Shown here: one piece after another, positions 10,901 to 22,900 of the stretch
Numbering within the stretch: position 1 is the stretch's first letter
Layout of the letters: every line of letters starts with the position of its first letter
Source: Raillietiella orientalis
Lineage: Eukaryota
Direction of reading: 5' to 3'
Assembly: GCA_036172245.1 (NCBI GenBank)
Contig: JAYWIR010000002.1
Coordinates: 2,976,001 to 3,040,000, forward strand
DNA length: 64,000 nt
Position numbers and translations under genes: made by a program
Notes under the pieces: model-generated
Seen by the model: only the letters and a program-made list of their open reading frames with translations
Told to the model about the DNA's origin: nothing
The model's database searches: none

Positions 10901-13900
10901 AGAATCTGCTGCCGAACGGATTCTCCTGGGCACCATCCGCATCTTCGCCGCGCTTCCGTAACGGGAGGGCGACGTATTGGCAGCGGTTTCGGAGGGTCCG
11001 CTACTGCCGGACTGCGTACCACGGGAGCGCGCTAGCGCGGTTTCTCGGCAACGGCTTGTCGACCCCGGGCTGGGATGGACGCTAGCTGCGCGGCGGCGTT
11101 GCGTCCCAAGGCTACTGGAAGGGAGGGAAGGAGGAGGGAAAGAGAGTGAGCAAGAAGGAAGTTCGTCTTCGATTGTTTCGGGGGTGACCCGAAATGGAAG
11201 GAGGGCGCGCTCTCTCTCTGGGGGAGGGGAGGGAAAAAAAAATCCGAAGGATACTTCCCGAGAACGGCAGCTGCTGTTGTTTCCGCAGCATTCGAGCCAA
11301 GCGATGATCTCCACCAGCCACAGCAACCGCATCGCGTGGGTCACCATCTCGCATGTGGTTGCCTCCCCGGATTTCGCGCCCAGCCGTGCCAGTGGCGGAG
11401 GGAGGGAGTGTTCCGTGCGGGACCAGTAGCTGGTGGTGGCAACCCTCTTCCCGCTGGGTCCGGAGCGGTCCCTGCGCTGGGCGAGCGCGCGGTTCCGTTG
11501 GTGGGAATCCGCCGGCTCGCTCGTTACGTGTGCTAGCGGGAGAAGGGAGGGGAGGGACTCTCTCTCCTGCTGGCCGGGAAAGGGGGAGAGTCTCTCTCAG
11601 ATCTGGCGCGTACGCGCGCGGGGTGTGCACGGCTGTCCGAGCGGTCGTCCGGAAGACGCGCGGCAGGAGCCAGAGAAATAGGGGGAGGCAGACACCAGGG
11701 GATTCCGTGACGCGCCGGGGACGCGGGACTCGCACTCACCTTCCCTGAACTCGAGCCAGTTCGATCCGAGGGCCCTCTCCACGGTATACAGCGTCTCCCC
11801 GCCCTGGGCCACGACCACCCGGAAGACGCCATCTTGAGACAGGGAGGAGCCGAGACTGAGGATCTGACCGGTGGGCATGACGACGGAGCTCAGCTTCCCT
11901 TCGTAGGTGTAGTCATACAGGAAGGTCCCCCTAAGGGGGTCTGTCCTGCTGGTCAGCAGCCCCGTGTCGTCCCTGTACTGCAGTTCGATGCGAAAGCTGG
12001 GAGAGGTCGCCAGGCTTTCCAGCAGCCCCAGACGGGACATTTTCAGCAGGCACTTCTGCCCCTGGGTGTTCTCCACGCTGTTGACCTGGTTGCGATAGTC
12101 GCGCAGGAAGGACAGCTTGTTGCCCGAGCTGTCCGTGACCTTGCTCAGCTTTCCGAAGCTGGTATTGACGTTGTACAGGAAGGAGTACAAGAATCTCCCG
12201 GACAAGATGTCCTTCGTGGCGATGTGTTGGCCGTACTTGTTGAAGACGTACACCTCGTTGGTGGCCGGGTAGGGGATGTGGTAGTCGCTGTTCTCATCGG
12301 GAGAGGGGAGCAGCTGCTCCAGCGTCCAGATGCACCGGTGGACTTGGTCTGCCACGTAGATGACATCACTAGGGGACGCGACGATGGAGGACACCGCCCG
12401 GAAGGAGCCGTCCGTGCTCGCGTGTGGGCAGGAGCAGGAGCCGTTCTTGCAGGAGCACTCCTCGGACCAGTGGACCGTGGTAAGCTCCCTGGTGGGCGAC
12501 AGCCGCCGGATGGTGTACGCCTTCTTCGAGTCCACGTCGGCCAGCAGAAGGTCGCCGTTAGGGGCGAAGGCCACGGACACCACGGTGCCCAGGGCGGGCT
12601 TGTCGCCCGGGCCGTGAGGAGGGCTGCCACCCGAAGAGAGGGAGGGGCCGTCGCCCTGGCAGTGCGACGGGACGTTCCCAATCCTCCGCACCTTCGAGTC
12701 GGAGGTCAGCTTGAAGACCGATCCGTCGTCCAGGATATGCAGGGAGCGGTCCAGGGGACTCACGGCCAGCCCTATGGGCCAGTGGAGCTGCACCTGCGCG
12801 ATACACACGGCGTCAAAGTGACTCCGATTGCTTGGAGGGGAGGAAGAGGTCACCGCCTCGTCCCACGCTTCCCTTCCCTTCTCTCCCCCCTCCCACCTCC
12901 TGACCCGAGAGAGAGAGGAACCACTCCTCTTTTCCCCGCGGACTGCCTTCCCGTTGATACTCTCCCACATTGCCGCCGGGAAAGGAGCGACCGCCTCCTC
13001 ACTTATGGGTGGGTGGGGAAGCATCCCGAACGCAGTGACGAGCAGCGAGACCAAGCGCACGAGAGCCATGCCCATTCCCGCCACGATGACTTCGCAAGAG
13101 TCGGCTGACTTTTCGGCCGTTGAGGTGCCATTGCCACGACACGTTTCCCGCCTTCTGCGCCTCCAGGGAAGAAAGGGCTCCGGATTACTCCCCCATCCTT
13201 CTCCTGGACTTCCCACGAACTCTGGTCAACATGCGCTCCGGGTCCCGTTGGGCGGCGGGGTGGGAGGGGATGAGGGCAAAGCCGGGCAGTGAACGCTCGT
13301 CACCGGATTCCAGCTGCTGCGCTCGCCTGTGCAAGAGGAAGGGCGTGTCTCCCAGCCGAAAGAAGAGGAACACTCATGGGGAGAGCCGGGAGATGCGGAA
13401 TTAAGCGCACGGGTCCTCGGGAAATGGGCCGGACGCGGCAAGCAGACCCGCCGCCGCCCCGGTGAGTGTCGTTGATGCATGCCCGGGAGGTCGGCTCGGA
13501 AAGCGGGAAGGGAGGAGCGCGGGCCCTCCTATCACCTACGTGGAGCAGCCGTCCCCAGCATGGGGGTGGAGGACAGCTCGATGCGGAGACGAAGGAGGAA
13601 GCAGAAGGCACCCATAAAACGACGGAGCATGACGTCACTGAATCAACAGCAATCCCCCAATGTGCCAACTAGCTGAACGAAACCCCTACGCGCGATGCAC
13701 CTGCACGATCTTCACCCCATGGTCGCATCCCGCGCCCACAGACCTGAAGGATGGAGTGCTTTCTCCACAGAGGAACGACCTACGGCTGGCCTCTCTGCAT
13801 TCAGTGGCCTTGTAAGAGGCTAAGAGAAAGAAGTCCACATCTGGTGGGGGGCTTTCCACCCTTCGGTGGATGCTGGAGCGCGATTCCGCGCTCCGAACGG

Positions 13901-16900
13901 GGCTGGAAAACGTTCGGTCGAGATCGAACGTCTGCCGCTGCCACCGACATCACAGGCGCCGAGCCTCTACGGAGGGGCGCGCATCAGTCCTCACCTCCTT
14001 CCGGCACTCCATCAACGATCTGCAAGGAGCACCAGCTGGGCAACCGCCTCGCCGGGGGCATTCCGAGAGAGCCAACGCGCGACCTGGACGTGGGCACGGC
14101 CTTAGCGGGGCGGAGAGTGCGCGAAAATCTCCGGTCTGTCCGAGGTCTCCAAGGAGCAGGCTGCTCCTCCTCCCCCGCTCGCGCCGGCCAGTGTCCCCCT
14201 CCCCGTGGGAGAACCTCCGCCTCCCGGAATTGGCGCTTGCTGCCATCTTTTGCGGGATGGTCGCTCGGAGGCTACTCAAGAGGCGTGCAGGTCTTCCTCG
14301 GTTGCAGATGGCGCACGCTCTCCGCATTCCAAGGGAGGGTGCGTGACGTGCGCTGAAGGAGAACGGCAATGTCTCGTCCACGAAGGCACCCTCTTTGCGA
14401 GAGAGAGGGAGGGGGAAGATGGTGGAATGGAGACCGCTTTGCTCGACCTCGGGGGTCATCGAGGCGCCAGTCACGTCCTGGCTGCAGAAATGAGCGATCC
14501 CCCCGATCCAAAGCTGCGTGTGATGCGGGGCCGCGTCCCAAGAACACCCCCTCTTGCCTGGAAAACTGCTCCCCCTTCCCTCCTCCTCCCCCGAGACAAG
14601 GGCGCCGCAGTACCTGCGCGGAGAAGTCACCGCTGGTGCTGCGCGCCAACTAGTCTTTCCCCGATCTGCCAGCAAGGAGTCACCGTTGAACTGGGCGCCG
14701 AATACCCCCCTCCCCTTCCCCTGGAACCGGCCGCGGTTCCGGGAGGGGCCTTCCTCTCACCTTCTCGAGCCGCAGGGCCGAGCTGCAGGGCACAATCTTC
14801 CACTGCTGCTGGTTGCGGTAGTGGCCGATCAGGGTGTGCATCAGCCCGTCGCTGCTGACGTACCTGACGTTGGACCCGTCCGCTATGTACAGGATGTTGT
14901 CCTCCGATATGGCGATCGCTGGAATGGGGTCGGTGGGCGTGGGCCGCGTGCGTGTCACCAACCTTTCGGGTGGTAGAGCTTGGCCTTCCGTGCCGGTCCC
15001 CCGTCACCGCACAGGGAATCGTCACCGGGAACGCACCGCTCCCCGGATCCAACGACGGACTCCAGGTTGTCCCTTCCGTCTCCGAAGCTGTCCATGTCTT
15101 TTACGCGGTAAATCTGGTAGTACTCGGGGTCGGAGATGTACAGGTGACCGTCCACGGGGGATATGGTCAGGTGGTACTTGTATGATTCCCTCGTGGGACT
15201 GAAAAAAGGTAGGGAGGTTAGAGGTCACTACGGAGAGAGAAGGGGGACAAGGACGAGGGAGGAAGAGGAGGGTGAGAAAGGCTTCGGGCCCTCGGGGCCG
15301 AACCGCGACGCCCTCGCTGAAAAGGGTGTGCGCGGGAGGGGCGCCGGAGTGCGCAGGAGAATGCAGCGCCGCCGCCGCGCGAACCCACCTCAGCCGGACT
15401 ATCGTCGTGACGTTCCCTTCGGGGGAGACCTTCCTAATGAGGTCGAAGTCGCCAACGTAAAGCGTCCCGTCCGACGCCACGCTCAGCCCGAAGGGCGATA
15501 TCAGGGGGCTGGCGGTCGCAACGCCGTTGCAGGACTCACAGTTAAGCGACCTCTGCGCGCCGGTGCCCATGAGTTTGCGGATTACCCGAGGGTAATCCTT
15601 GAAGCTCAACTTGCTGCCGTCGCCCTTCTGCAGGATACCTAGGAGGAATGATGGATAAATGCAGACGTCGGTCAGGGAGCGCTTTGGGAATCCGGAGCGT
15701 CTTCCAGATGACATCGTCTCCCCGGAAACGAACCGTGCAGGCTGTACGCTGGCAAGCGCGATGACCCGAATCAGCCAATGGGAAACAAGGGGATACTACA
15801 GGCTGATCCACACGCCGATACAGTTTCCTTTTCCCCAGCCCTCCCCCCCTTTTTTTTGGAAAAAAAAGGAAATCGCGGAATCCTTAAGCATCCTATTGCC
15901 AGGAGACATTCCGAGTGAGAGCGTTTCCCGCTTGAGATCTTCAAGAGACGCTGATTCGAACACTGGCCGTGGTTGTCCGCGCCCCACGAAGCCACTGCTG
16001 CGCTTTCGTGCCCCCCAAAAGGAAGACGTCGTTTTCCGGCAACGCGGATTCCTATCTCTAACTTTATCATCTCCTTCTAATGCCACCTTCCGAAGATCCC
16101 GTGGGTTTCGAAGATCGCCTGAGAACTCCGGAGGAGCTTTCCTTGTGTGGATCTCGTACAGAACTCCCCAGGGTCGCCCAAGAGGAGTCCACGGGGACCC
16201 AGGGAGGTCGGCGCGGATGCAGGCGCGCACATGCTCTCCAGAACAATCCAAAAAGGAATCCGGGATGAGATGGGAAGAGCGTGGGAAAAGCGGGCAGAAG
16301 AGCGTCGAGGCCACGGCTGTCGCGGATAAAAGGGGGCGCGCGGAAACCCGGCGGCGCGGAGCGACTCGTGACGTCGATGGCACCAAGCGACCCGCTCGCA
16401 CAGACAGCAGCGGGCAGAGGCCGGTGGAAGGAAACCGCACCCAGAGGCAACACTGCGTCATCTGAAGAGGGAGAAATCGTTCACCGGCTCAACGGGAAAG
16501 CGGGCTGCTGCTGCTGCTCCCAGGGAGCGATGTCGTCCACGCCAAGAGACGAAGCCGGCGGAGACCTCGCACAAGAGGGAGCGCGACTGTCTGAAGAATA
16601 AGAAATAGAATCGACTCAGAAACACCTTCCGTTGTTCGACCGTTCCCTGCCCCCCCCCCCCATTCTCCCGTTGCACTGTTCAGTGAGAACGGCACCCCCC
16701 ACGGGACGCAGACATCGCAGAGCAGTGAGTCCAGGAAATTTTCTCCCATCCCCCTGGCACCCGTGGAACGGAAAAAGGCTGAAGAGATGTGGTGCGGATC
16801 CCTAGAGGATTCCAGGTAAAAGAGCTCCCTCATCCCACGCTCCTTTCGGTCTGCTCATTTATCATCGACGGGAACCGTGGCCCGAAGAGGAGAAATCGCG

Positions 16901-19900
16901 AACGTGACAGCGGGATGACCGGAGATGCGATCCTGGAACTATTCCGGGCAGCACAATGAGCAAGCGACGCGCTCCAGAGCACGAGGAAATCCCGGGCCAC
17001 CGGCTTTTCAGGGAAGACTTTAAGCAGCCTTCCTGGTCGGCATGTCCCCGACGTTTCATTTCCCATCATTCTGGACTACAGGAAGAGCGGAAAACGTCAG
17101 AATAGGAATAAAAAACATAAAGGGAAGGAAGGCGTAAAGGGAGGGATTCCTTCCTTCCCCTCCCTCCTAGGGAACACCTCCGTGGTCTGCGAGATCCCTA
17201 CTTTACGATTTATGCACCCGCGGATTCGATTGTGCGTCCCCACGAGACCTCGCTGCGTCTTGCGAATACGCCAAGCAGGCAGCGAAAGCTCGGTGCTACA
17301 AGAGAAGAGGAAGCGTCTACGAGGAGCAACGAATGGCGAGGGGAGGAAAGGATGCACGGAAGGACGGGGACGAGAGAGCTGGTGCTCTAGAAAGTTCGCC
17401 CACGGAATCGCTGCCGCCGCTGCCGAAATGAGGCGGCGCCCCCTCGAACGCGTTGAGACCGATCTCCCAGATTACCTCAAACCACCTTTTCGTTTCAGCA
17501 CGGAGGCAGGAAGAAAATCGATAGGCGGGAACAGCTAATCCAATTTGTCGCAGGAACTCAACGGCGGGAGAGGACGAAACGAACGGAGGGGATCCGTCAG
17601 CCGCCGCCTATCGATTGGCGCATCCGCCGAGACCAGTACAGGCCAGCGGGAAATCGCCGTCGCGCGCCCCGAAGTCGGACGCGGCTTCGACGGCCACCCG
17701 ACCACGAATCGGCCGCGCAAGTTGGAACGACCAGCGGGGGGGGGCAGAGGCAACAGTGGTGGGCTGCGCCGAGCAGGGCAAGTGCGACACAGCAGGAAAT
17801 TCCCAGCAAGACACGACGGAACCGAAAGCACGCCAACGAAAGAAAGACGGTACACAGCGCAGGGGACCAACCGAAATCGGCAGGAAAAGAGAAAATCGCC
17901 ACCATCGGAAGCGGTGGCAAAAGAAGCCAAATGTCCGCGCATGGTCACGAAGCTTGTCGCTCACGCCAGCAGCATGGAACCCGAGCCGCGCGTGCGCACC
18001 GGCAGTCAACGTCTCTCGAGAGGCGGCACACTGCCAGCGGCGCTCGACCCCGTTGGACCCGCTTTCCGCGCCTCATCTTCAACGGTAGAAGGGAACACAC
18101 CCTTTCGCAGGATTGAAAACAAAGAAGACTGCTCGTCCCTCTTCCGAGGGAAGTTCTCTCCAGCATCGTGGGCCGGAAGGAACGAAAAATTGGGACTTCC
18201 GATCAAAGAGAGGTGGGCGGGCAAAAGGTGCACGGAGGTACACCCCATTTGAGCACAAGGAGCCCAGCAAGTTGGGCGCTGCTTCACAACACACCCTCTC
18301 CCCTCCGTGATGTCCGACTCCACGGGACCCGGTCCGCTCTTGGAAGGGAAACAATTCCCGTTTCTTCGGGGAGGCTAAGCAGAGAAAGTTGCCGAGACCC
18401 ATCAGAACGCTGCACACCACCCGTGCCTAACAACGTGGCTGACTGCGGGAACTTCTTACTCTCCATCGAAGCTTCCAGAACACTCCTTCGGAGGATCCCA
18501 GAAATTTCTTTTCCCAAAAAAGAAAAAAAAAAAATTTCCTGTCAGTTCGGAATCCTCGCCCTGCTGAGCAGCAGCGCGTGGTCCAAGGATCCAAGCTCGT
18601 ACGAAAGAAATGCGAGGGAGGGATTTTCCGCAGATTCCACCGTTTCCTCGACTTGTACAGCTTCGTCGACCGCTCCCATAGACGGGATGAGGGAGTTCAA
18701 GAAGGGGAGAGGGCGCTCTTAGTCGAGGCGAGGGCTTTGTAGGGGTGATCCATCCCTGCGGCGGCGGTCAGTTTCGAAGCCTTTTGCTAGACATCGGGAG
18801 TGGGTGAGGGATCTTTGTTCCAAGCCCTGGCCCTGCTTGATGGATTCCCGATGTCGTGCAAAAAGGTTTAAGGCTGGTGGTTCTTTTCTAAGGCGACTGG
18901 ACCAAGTAGGTTTACGCTCGGTAGGTCTGAGTGGAGGGGGAGTGTCTTGGTCGACGCATCCAGTGAATGTTCCGGCTGAGTTGGTTGCTGGGAGATGCCG
19001 TCATCTTGCCGAGACGGACAGGATCACGATGCCGTCTCCGTCCAGATCCGGTTTCGCTCAAGGGAAGAGGAACAAATCATCCTGTAGGTCGCCTGCACCT
19101 TGAATAGCACACCCGAAGCGTTAGGAGAAGCTCGAGTGGAGACAGGAGACCAAGTACAAAGACCTCGCTGCTTCCATGACAACGAAAAAGGTTCGGGCAG
19201 CCGTCCGCACCCAGACGTTGAATCTCTCTAGCATCCAGAAATTCCTCACATAAAGAAACGATGGGATAGGCTGAAGATCACGCGGCTGTGCCCCGAAGAA
19301 AATGAGGCACCGACACAGCCGGGATATTTGTTGGATTGAGACAGAGCGTTGACGAACTCATGCCAGCCGACGCACACGGAGGTCGCACGTCGACGGAGGT
19401 TTTTTCGAAGCAATCATGTGCACGGACGGACTATACACGGATGGGAAGAAAGTGAAGCTGGTGCAGAGTTTACAGAACCGATCTCTCCTTCCCTCTATGT
19501 GATCCCACAGTCTAGTCAGTTTAGTCGGTAAAACAGCCGTTCCGGTACCGCGCACAGTCTGGAAACTTCCGGCTCCTGCAGAACGCCGCCGTTCTTGGTG
19601 CTTTGCGACCCCCATGAACTAAAGACATTTGAGAGAGAGAGGGCGCTCCTGATATTTCCCTTCCTCCTTGAACACCCCATGCCACCTCAACCTTTAGCAG
19701 GCGAGACTGGACGACGCCTTTCAAGGGAGTTGCCAGATAGCTCACCAATCGCACGGCTGGAATTCAGCGCGGGACGCGAACAGGTGGGCCTCTGCAGCTG
19801 AGCTTAAGGACCGAAATGTACGACGTTATCCGACCCGACGGATCAACAACGCAGGAGGGTAGAAGAACCGGCAAGGAACGGTGCGGTCCGAACTCCAGTG

Positions 19901-22900
19901 GGGCCGGAGGAGGAGACCAACCGGAAGTTTACAGTCGAAAGGGATGCGAGCAGACCCGACAAGGGAGAATCAAAAGTTCGCGGCAAGTGCGTTGCGGACG
20001 ACTACAGGGAGGAAGGAGAGGATGCCTTCTCCAGAGACTGCATCCGACGAACCGGCCGGTAGTCGCTACCTTCGTAGAAGTTGTAGCGGTGATGTATCTC
20101 CAGGTTCCATTCCCCGATGTCGGACACGTCCATTTCAAAGCCGTTGAGCGTCGCCGTCTGAACCTCCCAGATGATGTCCTTGCATCCGTCATACTGGTAG
20201 CCCACGCTGATCCTGGCCAGGCTCGATCCGTACACCTTCTGCCGGTACACGTTTCTCTTATTCCAAACCAGGGTGTACGTTATGTTGGGATCGGCTTCGA
20301 AGGTCTTCCGTATCACGTCCCCCTCGATGACTATCTTCAAGTGAACCAGCTGCAGGTCGAAGGGGATGCTGGCCGGCGTCAGCTGCATGTCGATCGTGGC
20401 GAAGTACCCCGATGCTTGGTTGCTGTGGTACAGCAGCCGCACACCAGACCCGGGGAGGAGGATGGATTCCTGGAGCACCTGAGGCAGCAGCGGAAGTGCG
20501 GAAGACGCGAAGGCCGTCCGGACGGCTACCTGGTTTTCGGTGAACACGACGGTCTGCTTCGAGTAGCCCCCGACGGAGCTGGCTCCACGTGCGCTGTAGA
20601 TCACGGGAGTCAGGGTTTCGTAGTCATGGCGAGAACACGCCTCCATCTGGAACACGGAGCTTCCTTCCTTCTCCGGAATTTTGCCTTCGGTAACCATGGA
20701 GACGGGATCCAGGACGATGATCTGGTTCCAAGGGACGAGCACTGTTTTCGTGCGGGGGAAGAACGGGCTCCTTTGGAACTGCAAGGTCAGCGCACCTCCT
20801 CCATTGACCATGATGTCGAACCTGGTCGCGGGAAGCAAGCGAGAGGTCGCGCACGGGAAGGAAAAGAGATGAGGCTGCGTACCAACCGCCTTCTCGGGTC
20901 AGGGTGAACCCGAACCGGGGATCCTTGTCGACGCTCACCCGGATGCCGATGATGCCCAGGCCGCTAGAGGTGACAACCTGACCTCGAACGACAGACACAC
21001 GTCTAAAACGCAAACGAGGCTCATCAGTTCACACGGCTCCCCACTCCCTAGCGAAGGAGACAAAATTTGCACCAAAGCATCAAGTCACTGCGGAAGCATT
21101 TCAATTCCTCAGGAGAGGGGGAACTTCGTTGCAGGAACAGACACTTCTCTGAACTCCAATACCACGAGATGCAAAGACGGAAACGGGAGAGCAAGAAACA
21201 AACGCAGGGGAAAGAAAAAGGAAACCAAACAAAGGAGACGACGAGAGCGTCCATGCAGAGCGGTGAAGATCACACGGCAACCCATCTTGTGAGCTCAAAT
21301 CACTCGATGTCCGATTGGGGGAGAAGGGAGGAAGAAGGCAGAAGACATGAAAGGAATCCATCCAAAAGACATGTCAGCGGGAGGCTCAAAAAAAGAAAGA
21401 AAATAACTGGCAACACTGCACACACTTAATGCAGGTACTCGGGCGTGGCGCAACAGGTGGGGAGTACGAGCTGCGACGATTCCTTCCGCAGAGACAACAA
21501 GAAAGCAAAAAGACTCAGGGGCGTTAAGCCAGCACTGCTTTGGAACTAGCCTGACCAGGTGGTCCATCCCCTGAGTAGCCAACTTCATCCCCTCCCCCCG
21601 CCACCCCCACCCCATCCCCAGACGTGGCGGCAACGGAGAGAAAGACAGAGAGGGGGGGGGGGGGCTGCTCGAAGGCTGTTCCTCACGTCTTCCAGGGACT
21701 GCCAGGGGCACGCCGGCGCCATATTTCATGACAGCGCGCTTGCACGCAACGGAGCACATGTCACACTGCCAGCACGCGTGGACGTATACACACGGATAAC
21801 GCAGACATTACTACTGTATACTGTGCGAGGAATGTACAGTGCAGGGGACATGTTCTCATCAGCTGTCAGAATGGACGCGACTACCAGCAGGCAGGGATGT
21901 ACAGGAAGCCTCCCTTCCCGGAGCCCCCAACACCACTGATGGAGACGCGCGAGGAAGCACGCCGATGTGCACATTACGCGAAGCCATCACGTGTGGTGGC
22001 ATGACACTCGCTTGACACACGCAACACGTGTTCATCAACACACTTAAAAGTGCATCATCACACATTACGAAAAAAGGCTGTTGACAATACGTGCACCAAA
22101 AGTGATTGACGTGCATGTGCACATGTGCACACACAACACAGCACCACACACCAGTTCATGCAAGCACAGCAGCTACACTGAACGCCCACCAGGAAGCCTC
22201 ACAGGAATAGCGACGGGGACAACTTTCCGTGATTTCCCAAAGTCAAGGAGCGACCTCCGGAGCACGGGCTCGCTGCCACGGAGGCGGCGCGGGTGCCTTA
22301 ACAGGGACACTCCACGGCCTTTCTTCCCCCAAGCTTAGGGGGATCGCTTGGACTCTTTTCAGTTTTCGTGCAAGCGTGTCCGCCAGCCCTTCTGCTCCAC
22401 GAGCAAGCTGCTCTCCTCCGGGGTCTTCTGGAAGTTTCCGAGGACCCTCCGAAGAATTGAAAGCTGGGGTGGGGTTGGGGGAGTCCCACTTCAGGGCGAG
22501 GTGGATGAGACTGGAGCGGGGGGTGAGCGAAAAGGCGAGAACCGGAAACCAAGAAGCCAGAAGGAAAAGAAACGAAAGTGCTCGATGTGGAGACGTGAGT
22601 GGTAGCCGTCATCTCCCCAGCCTTCCGATCCTTCGAGGCTTCGGGGGGCGGCCGCGAGAAGACGCCGCACCGCCCGCGGGTGGCGCGCAGTAGGGAAGTG
22701 GGATGGGAGATGGAGGCTGGGGACTGTGGAGGGCCTTGCGGCTGAACCGCGTCGCCGCCCCGCCGTTCTCACGCTCACGACAGGTCAGCAGGAACGGACA
22801 CAAACAAGACATAAACAACAACAACGACAACAACAACAGCAACAACAACAACAAAACAAAAAGGCAGCAGACAAAGCGAAACTCAAGATGGTGCCAAACA

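Noticed and set aside
6553..13108. Long plus-strand ORFs (6553-8175, 8718-9476, 9756-10550, 11834-13108; also 19816-20907)
   Set aside because: Antisense shadows of high-GC3 teneurin exons with no recognisable domains.
18540..19110. Pseudo-coding patch on the minus strand, including DLDGDGIVI (EF-hand-like)
   Set aside because: The motif is flanked by stops and has no further support. It could be a decayed transposon but cannot be assigned.
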